From contig JACPFZ010000026.1 in assembly GCA_016182725.1 (NCBI GenBank), positions 1 to 52,648 on the forward strand: DNA of 52,648 nt, in the 5' to 3' direction. A program made the translations under genes and the position numbers. Below the pieces are notes generated by a model. That model had not been told where the DNA came from, did not search any database, and worked only from the letters and a program-made list of their open reading frames with translations. This DNA is from Candidatus Gottesmanbacteria bacterium (lineage in GTDB: Bacteria; Patescibacteriota; Microgenomatia; UBA10105; UBA927). Of this stretch, positions 7,879 through 16,043 are shown piece after piece; positions within the stretch are counted from its first letter, which is position 1, and every line of letters begins with the position of its first letter.

Positions 7879-8493
7879 ATGGCAGTATGGGACCAGTTAG
7901 CAAGTGACGAGTCCATTGACAAGACGGTGAAAGCCCTCATGGGTCATGGCATTGAGGCATTCGTTGTGGAAACTAGGAAAGAGGCAAAGAAGAAAGTTTT
8001 AGATATGATTCCTGCCAGAAGTGAAGTGATGACGATGACTTCAGTCACGCTGGATGCCATTGGTCTGTCGGCGGAAATAAATAGAGCAGACGGGAAATTT
8101 AAGCCCGTCAGAGACAAGCTCTATGCGATGGATAGAAAGACACAAGCGGTGGAGATGAACCGTTTAGGCGCTGCTCCAGAAGTAGCCCTTGGCAGCGTTC
8201 ATGCCGTCACCCAAGATGGCAGTCTCCTCATTGCTTCTGCGACAGGAAGCCAATTGCCAGCATATGTGTATGGCGCAGGCAAAGTCATTTGGGTTGCAGG
8301 TAGCCAAAAGATAGTGAAAGACACCAATGAGGGGATGAGAAGGATTTATGAGTACGTTTTTCCTTTAGAAAACGAACGGGCCAAAAAAGCATATGGGGTG
8401 GGGAGTGGAGTGAATAAATTATTAATTATTCATAAAGAGATAGCGCCTGGAAGAATGACGCTGATTGTAGTGAAAGAAAAACTGGGGTTTTAA
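7879..8493 (+). CDS. LUD-domain (lactate-utilization C/YkgG-like) protein
   Basis: 204-aa ORF. Its size and its N- and C-terminal sequence pattern resemble LUD/DUF162 proteins. This is recognition by eye only. Confidence 0.5.
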   Translation: MAVWDQLASDESIDKTVKALMGHGIEAFVVETRKEAKKKVLDMIPARSEVMTMTSVTLDAIGLSAEINRADGKFKPVRDKLYAMDRKTQAVEMNRLGAAPEVALGSVHAVTQDGSLLIASATGSQLPAYVYGAGKVIWVAGSQKIVKDTNEGMRRIYEYVFPLENERAKKAYGVGSGVNKLLIIHKEIAPGRMTLIVVKEKLGF

Positions 8494-8530
8494 GTCCTGC
8501 ATTTCCAGGATGTTACCAGTTTTTTTCTTG

Positions 8531-10027
8531 TCATCGAAAGTGTAATCCCGGATCAATGGCTGGATCAAAATACACTTGCTGTTCGTCTTTGGTTAACACA
8601 TACTTTTCCATTTTATATCCATTGGCAAATTCTATAACTCTTTCTGGGTTCTGGGTGATTCGCACCTGGTGAATGCGCCACCAGCTATCGAGCATGTACG
8701 GATCAGCTGGCGGATGTGGTGCGGCAACAAGGTACGTCACTGGCATTTTTTTGAATGCATAGATGTTCTTATTACTATGCCGAGTGAAATAATGCATGGT
8801 ATATTTCATCTCATATCCTAAAATATCTGGCGAATACACAAAGTAGCCAAATTCTTTTTCTGGACCACTAAATACCTGCTTGGCAACACCTGAAAGAAAT
8901 TTCCACGAATATTTATGGGTGCCCGTATGCCCAAATGAATCTTGCGCATCGCCAACAGAGCTGACCAGATTCATCGCGTATATTACGACGAACAATATGG
9001 TATATGCTTTTTTGTACCGACAGGTCAAGAGCGAACAAAATACCAGAAATACTAAGAGAAACAACGGATAGAGATGAAAGTAGAGAATTGGCCCTTTATT
9101 AATAAAACTTAAAAGGAAAAATCCGATATAAAAGTAGAGAAATGAGCGATATAGTACGACATGGTTGTGATCTCGGAGTTGCAAAGCAATTCCTGCAAGC
9201 ATTCCGAGAAAAAGGATGAGGTTTCGTCCCCCTGGATCGCGCCGTAAAATTTCGGTGCTAGAGAAAAGAAGAAACAAACGATTTTTGATAAACATGGTGT
9301 AGTCAAAGAGCCCCTCCCCTTGGTACGGAGTGATAAACCCGAGAAGTTTTTGGGCGAGGATATGCTCGTGGCGAATATCAAATATCAAAAAATTGCCTAA
9401 GGTAAGAGGAAGAAGGAGTAGTACCCCCAGATGTTGGTACTGTTGCTTTTTCCAGATAAGATAGAGGAGTGCGCCAATGGAGAGCGCGGCAAGTGGTATA
9501 CCAGGTGCAAGTTCCAGTTGTATGATCATTCCAGAAAGTATGACGTGAGGGATGAGAAAGCCTATGTTTGACGACGTCACATACCGCACGAAGCAGAAAA
9601 ACCAGAGGGGAATAAGAATCATCGCAGCATGCGGATGACTCATTCCCCGGGTATGAAACGAGAGATAGAGAGAAACCATGAGGGCATACATAGAGCCAAC
9701 TGGTTTGGAAAAAAGAGCATTTCCAATACCATAGCTTACTAGGGTCGCAACGAGTGCCAGAAGGACCCAGAACCACCCAACAATGACGGGGTTTCCGCGG
9801 CCTACAAGATACGCCGGATAGGTCAGATACGTCCAGAGCGGTCCATGATAGAGTTCGCCACTGGATCGCGGCCCGATCAAGACAATCTTTTTCTGATCGA
9901 GTTCCTCAAGGAGCAGAAAGTCTCGCCCGATGTCAGAGTTAAAAAATATATCCCCATGGAGGACATACCATGAGGCGAGTATGGTATTAGTGATAAGGAG
10001 ACCAAAAAATAACCAGCGCATGCTCAC
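8531..10027 (-). CDS. Polytopic membrane protein, GT-C (ArnT/PMT-like) glycosyltransferase candidate
   Basis: 498-aa ORF with more than 10 hydrophobic helices and a soluble C-terminal ~120 aa. It is divergent from a clearer GT39-like gene. Confidence 0.45.
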   Translation of the reverse strand: MSMRWLFFGLLITNTILASWYVLHGDIFFNSDIGRDFLLLEELDQKKIVLIGPRSSGELYHGPLWTYLTYPAYLVGRGNPVIVGWFWVLLALVATLVSYGIGNALFSKPVGSMYALMVSLYLSFHTRGMSHPHAAMILIPLWFFCFVRYVTSSNIGFLIPHVILSGMIIQLELAPGIPLAALSIGALLYLIWKKQQYQHLGVLLLLPLTLGNFLIFDIRHEHILAQKLLGFITPYQGEGLFDYTMFIKNRLFLLFSSTEILRRDPGGRNLILFLGMLAGIALQLRDHNHVVLYRSFLYFYIGFFLLSFINKGPILYFHLYPLFLLVFLVFCSLLTCRYKKAYTILFVVIYAMNLVSSVGDAQDSFGHTGTHKYSWKFLSGVAKQVFSGPEKEFGYFVYSPDILGYEMKYTMHYFTRHSNKNIYAFKKMPVTYLVAAPHPPADPYMLDSWWRIHQVRITQNPERVIEFANGYKMEKYVLTKDEQQVYFDPAIDPGLHFR

Positions 10028-10112
10028 AGAAATTCTTGAAGAAGTTTTTGAATTTTTGGGTCAATGACTACTTGGCAAAGAGTTGCCGTCTCCATAGAAT
10101 CATTGTGCTACA

Positions 10113-11744
10113 ATGAGGTGCATGAAGCAACTCTATCGTCCCCTCATGGTTATTTTTGCAATCGCATTACTCCTCCGCTTATATCATTTGGGAGTTCTCC
10201 CTAAGACATTTTACGTAGAAGAACTCACGAATACCTACGTGGGCAAGTTTATTTTGCTTCATGGCCGCGACATCACCGGCCACCTGTGGCCCTTGGTCTA
10301 TTTTGATAAATTCGGCGATTATCCGCCGGTTCTGCCTCTCTACCTTTCCGGGGCAAGCAGCCTCATTTTCGGAACCAATGAATTTGCGGGGAGACTTCCG
10401 ATTGCGATGTGGGGTGCGCTGCTCGTTTTTGCTGTCTATCAACTCTCGCTTCTTATCTTCAATGACAAGAGAGTCGGTATCTTTACCTCCTTTATCGTCG
10501 CCATCCTGCCGTGGCATGTCGTGCTGTCGCGGACGACTGCCGAGGGAGTTGTCGGACTCACGGTGTGGACATTTGGCATCGTTTGGGTTCTTCGGGGTAT
10601 GAGGGAAAAAAATAGAGGGCTCATTTTGAAAAGTTTTCTTTTATTTTTTCTCTGCTACTTTTTGTATCCAGCTTTACGAATTCTCGTTCCTCTGACAATC
10701 CTTCCCATCCCGTTATTTTTGTACAAAACGGATAAAAAGTTGACAAAACTCCTCATTGCCGGACTTTTCCTGTTTACTCTCCTTACCGGATATATAATAA
10801 CGACGAAATGGGGAAGAGCACGGTTTGAGCAGACATCACTCTTCAAAAGTCCGGAAATTGCCGCGTCCGTTTCTTTACGAAACCAGATATTCAGCAATGG
10901 GTTGGGTCCAAATCAGGTGCTCCGCGCCCGGATTTTTCATAATAAGGCAACTGGCTACACGCGGGAGTTTTTTAATCAATATCTCAGTTATTTTTCCACC
11001 AAATTTTTATTTCTGGAAGGCGGGGGAGGGCAGTATCGCTACTACAACGTACCGGATCAGGGTTTATTGTACATTTCTCTTCTGCCGTTTTTTCTTTTTG
11101 CCCTTGTTTCTGTATCACACGCCAAACGAACGTTTTTTACCTACGTTATATATCTATTGATTATCGCACCCATTCCTGCGAGTCTTACTGTAGATTTTAC
11201 CCCGCACGCGCACCGTTCGCTGTTCATGATCCTGCCCTTGATTCTCATTGCCGGCAGCGGATTTTATGCACTCCTGCAAGGAGGAATGGTTAAAAAGCTC
11301 GTCATTATAGGAAGTTTGGGATTATTGGGGTTAGAGTTTATCTATTTCTGGAATCAATACGCGTGGCAGTCCAATCATTTTCAAAGTACGCTTCGCAATG
11401 ACGGAGATCGGGAAATAGTCCTTTATATAAAGGAAGAGCGGACAAAGTACGACCGCGTCTTTGCTCCGGTCTACGAGCGGTTGCCTTTCTACTACCTTTT
11501 TTACACGCAAAACTTTACTCTAGAGCTTATCGGCAAATTCCACGATGAACTCCAGCTTGATGCGGTCGACAACATTTCTTTCGTGAGGGCATGGTGTCCA
11601 ACACGGCTCTCCGAGGTACAGCAGGCTTCAAAGAATATTCTGATCGTTGAGCGGGCAGACTGCGACATTCCTGCAGGGTATCAGGTGGTGAAGACCATAA
11701 GTCGCATGGATGGTACCACCGCATACAGAATTCTTACACCTTGA
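10113..11744 (+). CDS. GT39/ArnT-family membrane glycosyltransferase-like protein
   Basis: 543-aa ORF. The N-terminus LLLRLYHLGVLPKTFYVEELTNTYVGKFIL plus many TM helices is typical of PMT_2/ArnT-like proteins. The likely start is Met4 (10122). Confidence 0.55.
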   Translation: MRCMKQLYRPLMVIFAIALLLRLYHLGVLPKTFYVEELTNTYVGKFILLHGRDITGHLWPLVYFDKFGDYPPVLPLYLSGASSLIFGTNEFAGRLPIAMWGALLVFAVYQLSLLIFNDKRVGIFTSFIVAILPWHVVLSRTTAEGVVGLTVWTFGIVWVLRGMREKNRGLILKSFLLFFLCYFLYPALRILVPLTILPIPLFLYKTDKKLTKLLIAGLFLFTLLTGYIITTKWGRARFEQTSLFKSPEIAASVSLRNQIFSNGLGPNQVLRARIFHNKATGYTREFFNQYLSYFSTKFLFLEGGGGQYRYYNVPDQGLLYISLLPFFLFALVSVSHAKRTFFTYVIYLLIIAPIPASLTVDFTPHAHRSLFMILPLILIAGSGFYALLQGGMVKKLVIIGSLGLLGLEFIYFWNQYAWQSNHFQSTLRNDGDREIVLYIKEERTKYDRVFAPVYERLPFYYLFYTQNFTLELIGKFHDELQLDAVDNISFVRAWCPTRLSEVQQASKNILIVERADCDIPAGYQVVKTISRMDGTTAYRILTP

Positions 11745-11746
11745 TC

Positions 11747-12415
11747 TTATGGTTTCACCATGGTGCTCGCCAGGCGTTTGGCTTCCATCAGAAAAAATTG
11801 CTTGAGCTGGTCAAGGGTGAGTGTTTTCTTCATGATCGGAAGATCGGTAAGCTCCGAAACTTTTGCAAACAAAGAGGAGAGGTAAAAGGGTTCAATCTCC
11901 ATTTTGAACTTATGCTCCACGCCATGTTGCAGATCCCAGACGGTGTATTTTTTTTTGAGAATAAAATAGAGATCGACATAATCTTTCGATGCGGTTCGTT
12001 GGCTCATCGTGAGCAGTTTATTTACAGAGATGTCTTCGATACTATCGACGAAGATGCCGTCGCGGAATTGGGGTTTTTCGAGTTGTTTGAAGTCGTAGAA
12101 TACAAAATCAACTTTGAGCATCGTTTGTGATGGAAAGGTAAGCATGTAGGTAATTCTGTCAAATACATGCTGATATGATGAAGTGCAGTGAATTTTTTTC
12201 ATGATTGCTTGCATTGTGGCATGGATATGTTGTTCATTGAGTTTTTGTGGAGAAAACAGATCAATATCTTCTGACAATCGATGATTGAAATGGTACGCCA
12301 CAAGGGCAGTGCCGCCAGTAAGATAAAACGGCGCGAGTGTTTCTGGATGCTCAAGAAAAGCTGTCAGGAAGCGACGTTGATCTCTTGTGAAGTGACCGAT
12401 TATTTTTTGCCCCAT
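11747..12415 (-). CDS. AbiEii/AbiGii-family nucleotidyltransferase (type IV TA toxin-like)
   Basis: 222-aa ORF. FYLTGGTALVAYHFNHRLSEDIDLFS is the characteristic NTase core of the AbiEii (DUF1814) family. Confidence 0.65.
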   Translation of the reverse strand: MGQKIIGHFTRDQRRFLTAFLEHPETLAPFYLTGGTALVAYHFNHRLSEDIDLFSPQKLNEQHIHATMQAIMKKIHCTSSYQHVFDRITYMLTFPSQTMLKVDFVFYDFKQLEKPQFRDGIFVDSIEDISVNKLLTMSQRTASKDYVDLYFILKKKYTVWDLQHGVEHKFKMEIEPFYLSSLFAKVSELTDLPIMKKTLTLDQLKQFFLMEAKRLASTMVKP

Positions 12416-12633
12416 ATGAGAAAGCGCAAGAGATTGCGACGCAGTGGGTCAATATGTAGTTTATCCCACTCTTTTTTTACCTGGGAAAGAGAGATTTTCC
12501 TCCTTCCAGGACCGTAGTTGATCATGTTTTCCAGAATATACCGCCGGCCCCAGGTAGTTTTTTTGAGATCTTTTTCGCGGTAATCCCAGATATGCATAGA
12601 ATGTATTATAGCTGGTGTGGACAAAGAAGGCAA
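12400..12633 (-). CDS. Small protein upstream of and overlapping the AbiEii-like gene (possible cognate partner)
   Basis: 77-aa ORF overlapping the AbiEii-like start by 16 nt. It is far shorter than canonical AbiEi antitoxins. Confidence 0.4.
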   Translation of the reverse strand: MPSLSTPAIIHSMHIWDYREKDLKKTTWGRRYILENMINYGPGRRKISLSQVKKEWDKLHIDPLRRNLLRFLIWGKK

Positions 12634-12715
12634 AGCATATTTTGCAGTACAATCATGGTAGAGTGGGGGTAATGTATCCGCCGCTGAAAACTTCAGGAGA
12701 TGAAAGAAGAGTGAA

Positions 12716-14384
12716 GTGGTGTATGATAAGAAAAGTATGGTTGTTCCAGATGCACAGCTTGCCTCTCTGGTTATTCAGGCGGGGTTTACCAATCAAGCCG
12801 GGATTGATACGGTTTCTCAATATGCGGCAGGTGCTCATGTGTCTCTTGCCTCTGCTATACTCGAGAAAGGTGTCGCGACAGATGAGCAGTTGGGGTCACT
12901 CATTGCAACTTTTCTCAAACTGCCATTTGTGCAGCTTTCAAAGATTTCTATCCCCCCAGACGTTTTTCATATCATTCCAGAAAAAGTTGCCAGGATCCAT
13001 CACGCGGTGGCCTTTGCGCGCGATACGGATGGCGTAAAGGTAGCGTCATCCAACCCTCAAGATCAGGCACTGTTTGCCATGGTGGAGAAAAAGACTAGCC
13101 GTCGGGTCATTATCTACTATGCGACCCAGCGCGATATAGAGAGTACACTGCAGGTATACAAAACACTTCTTCAGAATACGATTGATGAACTCCTGAAAGA
13201 AGATGTCAGCAAAGCGGCAACGACGGTCGTTTTAGAGGACCCGCCGGTTGCTAAAATTGTGGACGTCCTCATTGATAACGCGTACCAGGATAAGGCATCG
13301 GATATTCATATTGAGCCGGAGGAGAGCCAGTCGCTCATTCGTTTTCGCATTGACGGGGTGCTCCGAGACGTGTCACGGGTTCCCAAGTCTCTGCACGACC
13401 GGATTGTTACGCGCATTAAAGTGCTCTCGAGCCTGCGTACCGATGAACATTTGAGCGCCCAGGATGGCAAGATGCGTATGGCATTAACGGAGGAAAATCT
13501 CGATATTCGCGTCTCCATTATTCCGGTTTCTGATGGGGAAAAAGTGGTTCTGCGGCTTCTGTCTTCCCGATCGCGGCAGTTTACGTTGACTGATCTGGGG
13601 ATGAACGAACGGGATCTCCAAAAAGTGACCAATGCATTTAACAAATCCTACGGCATGATGTTGTCTACCGGTCCCACTGGCTGCGGGAAAACGACCACCA
13701 TCTATGCCATTTTGAAAATTCTCAATACCCGCGAGAAAAATATCACCACGATCGAAGAACCGGTGGAGTACCGGATAGCCGGTGCCAATCAAGTGCAGGT
13801 GAACCCCAAAACCAACCTCACATTTGCAAGCGGATTACGCAGCATTCTTCGACAGGATCCCAACATCATTTTTGTCGGTGAAATCCGTGACAACGATAGT
13901 GCTTTCCACGCTTCACACCAATGATGCGGCAACGGCGATTCCGAGACTCACGGATATGAAAGTCGAACCATTCTTAGTAGCTTCCACGGTAAATATCATC
14001 GTTGCCCAGCGGTTAGTACGGAAAATCTGTGATTCCTGTAAGGGAGCGATGAGTATAACCATTGATGAGCTGAAAAAACATTTGCCTCCAGAGGTGATCC
14101 AAAAGCATTTCGGAGGAGGACAAGAGATAACCATATACAGAGGAAAGGGCTGCAACATTTGCCATACCACTGGGTATTCCGGCAGGGTGGGTATTTTTGA
14201 AGTCCTTGAAGTGACCAAGGGAATCAGAAAACTCATTACGGAAAAAAGCGATTCCGATGTTATTGCGAAAGCTGCCGTTGCCGAAGGCATGAATACCATG
14301 CTGGATGATGGGTTGGAAAAAGTCATAAAAGGGTTCACGACCATTGAAGAAGTCATCAGGGCCACGAAAGTGGAATTTCTATGA
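12716..14384 (+). pseudogene. pilB: Type IV pilus / T2SS assembly ATPase PilB (GspE family), split by an internal deletion plus frameshift
   Basis: ORF 12716-13924 carries the T2SSE_N domain, Walker A GPTGCGKTTT, EEPVEY and Walker [13 protein letters not shown] 13824-14384, in a different frame, carries the His box [10 protein letters not shown] and the CxxC..CxxC zinc site. About 13 residues normally found between GEIRD and STLHTN are missing. Confidence 0.8.
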
Positions 14385-14522
14385 CCAGGTAGTAGAATTT
14401 CGACACGCTTAGCGTTGTCCGATTCACGCCATAAATCTGGTGTATAGAAAAATTATTTTTTAAAGAAAGGACAGTGAGGTTTCGCCGGCGTTCTAGACAA
14501 CGGTCGAAATTTCACTACCTGG
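14385..14522. repeat. Long-hairpin intergenic element, copy 1 (138 bp, MITE/REPIN-like)
   Basis: Ends are CCAGGTAGTAGAATTTCGAC and GTCGAAATTTCACTACCTGG, which pair over 20 bp with 1 mismatch. The copy is flanked by TATGA on both sides and lies between the pilB TGA and the pilC ATG. Confidence 0.85.
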
Positions 14523-14523
14523 T

Positions 14524-15564
14524 ATGATAACCTTGAAGGGCAGTGAAAAAATCGGACTCATCAGCAACCTTGCGACCATGCTTTCTGCAGGCATTCCCAT
14601 TTTGGAAGTCGTTAATTCGCTTCTGGAAGATGCGAAAGGTAGTCCGAAAATAATCCTCGAAGCGCTCAAGGAAGATTTAACGAGCGGAAAACGAATCTCT
14701 GTGTCATTTGCCCGATTCCCCAGGGTATTTGATCCGGTGACCATCAACGTCATTACAGCAGCAGAAACATCGGGGACATTGGACATCACGCTCAAAGATT
14801 TGAAAGAGGGCATCAGGAAGGAAATGGAGTTTTCGGATAAGGTGAAATCATCGCTTCTCTATCCTATTTTCATCATGATTATATTTGCCGCAGTTCTTCT
14901 TTTGGTTCTTGTCGTCGTCATTCCCAAGATTGCAATGGTTTTTGAGAAATTACGTGTTTCTCTTCCGTTGCCGACCAGAATCCTCATCTTTTTTTCAACG
15001 GTACTTCTCCATTACACCGTGTTTGTTATTGCCGGAGTTACCCTGCTCGTTATTGGGATTATTATTCTCTTCCGAATCAAGAGAAACGTTGTTTTCGACC
15101 TTCTTTTTTCTTTCCCTCTCATAAGTACTCTCATAAAGGAAATAGATCTCACCCGATTTTCCCGCAATCTTTCCCTCCTTCTTTCCTCGGGTCTGCCTAT
15201 TGCAGTGGCCCTTGAGCTTATTGCTCATGTGGTCATCAGGCGGCAAACCGCGCGCATTCTTCTGACCTCGCGTGATATGGTGATGGCGGGCAAAACTCTT
15301 TCGGAAGGATTCCGAGTATCCAAAGGATATTTCCCGGCGATTATGGTGAAACTGGTGGAAGCAGGGGAAAAAACCGGCACCCTGGATAAATCCATGCAGG
15401 AAATATCCGAATACTTTGATTATCAAGTGACCAATCGGTTAAAACTCCTCACGAGTCTACTCGAGCCTATCATGCTGGTGGTCGTGGGGATTGTGGTTGG
15501 TGGCATGATGCTTGCGATTGTTGGTCCTATCTACGGTCTGGTCAGCCAGGTCGGCGCACGGTGA
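14524..15564 (+). CDS. pilC: Type IV pilus platform protein PilC (T2SSF family)
   Basis: 346-aa ORF with two T2SSF repeats (NLATMLSAGIPILEVVNSL and NLSLLLSSGLPIAVALELI) and TM helices. It is shorter at the N-terminus than typical ~400-aa PilC proteins. Confidence 0.8.
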   Translation: MITLKGSEKIGLISNLATMLSAGIPILEVVNSLLEDAKGSPKIILEALKEDLTSGKRISVSFARFPRVFDPVTINVITAAETSGTLDITLKDLKEGIRKEMEFSDKVKSSLLYPIFIMIIFAAVLLLVLVVVIPKIAMVFEKLRVSLPLPTRILIFFSTVLLHYTVFVIAGVTLLVIGIIILFRIKRNVVFDLLFSFPLISTLIKEIDLTRFSRNLSLLLSSGLPIAVALELIAHVVIRRQTARILLTSRDMVMAGKTLSEGFRVSKGYFPAIMVKLVEAGEKTGTLDKSMQEISEYFDYQVTNRLKLLTSLLEPIMLVVVGIVVGGMMLAIVGPIYGLVSQVGAR

Positions 15565-16040
15565 TTATGACTTCAAGCAATCAATCAGGCTTCACTACTC
15601 CCGAACTTATTGTCGTAGTGGGGATTATTGCGGTGTTGGCAGGCCTTGCCACCGTGAATCTCTTGGGAGTTGCGCGCAAACCCACCCTCACCGCAACCGT
15701 TGATACGCTGACTAGCGACCTGCGGCAGCAACAAACAAAGGCAATGGTTGGTGAACGTTTGTCTTCCCATGGTGTGTACTTTGGGTCCGGGCAGTATGTT
15801 CTGTTTGCCGGAAGCTCGTATAATCCTGGCGAGGTGTCTAATGCGGCAGTCGCTTTGGAACAGTACGTCGGTTTTTCACAAGTGTCACTCCCGAATGCCA
15901 GTGTGGTATTTGCGTCCGGCAGTGGAGAAGTCACCAATTTTGATCCAAATCAGCATGCCGTGACTATCGCACACGAGCAGAGCGGGGAGCAAAAGACGAT
16001 CGAGGTAAATAGACTGGGGGTCGTGACCGCAGTGCAATAA
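15561..16040 (+). CDS. Prepilin-type (pseudo)pilin
   Basis: The N-terminus GFTTPELIVVVGIIAVLAGLA is a prepilin cleavage/methylation motif plus hydrophobic helix. It overlaps the pilC stop by 4 nt. Confidence 0.7.
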   Translation: MIMTSSNQSGFTTPELIVVVGIIAVLAGLATVNLLGVARKPTLTATVDTLTSDLRQQQTKAMVGERLSSHGVYFGSGQYVLFAGSSYNPGEVSNAAVALEQYVGFSQVSLPNASVVFASGSGEVTNFDPNQHAVTIAHEQSGEQKTIEVNRLGVVTAVQ

Positions 16041-16043
16041 TAT

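Noticed and set aside
12550-12558. A fourth CCAGGTAGT match
   Set aside because: It is an isolated 9-mer inside the 77-aa CDS with no matching inverted arm nearby. A match of this length is expected by chance in 2 x 52 kb.
14474-14527. 17-codon ORF (GTG..TGA) inside repeat copy 1 whose stop overlaps the pilC ATG
   Set aside because: It is attractive as a translational-coupling peptide, but the frame is not conserved in copy 2 (TAA in the equivalent position) or in copy 3.
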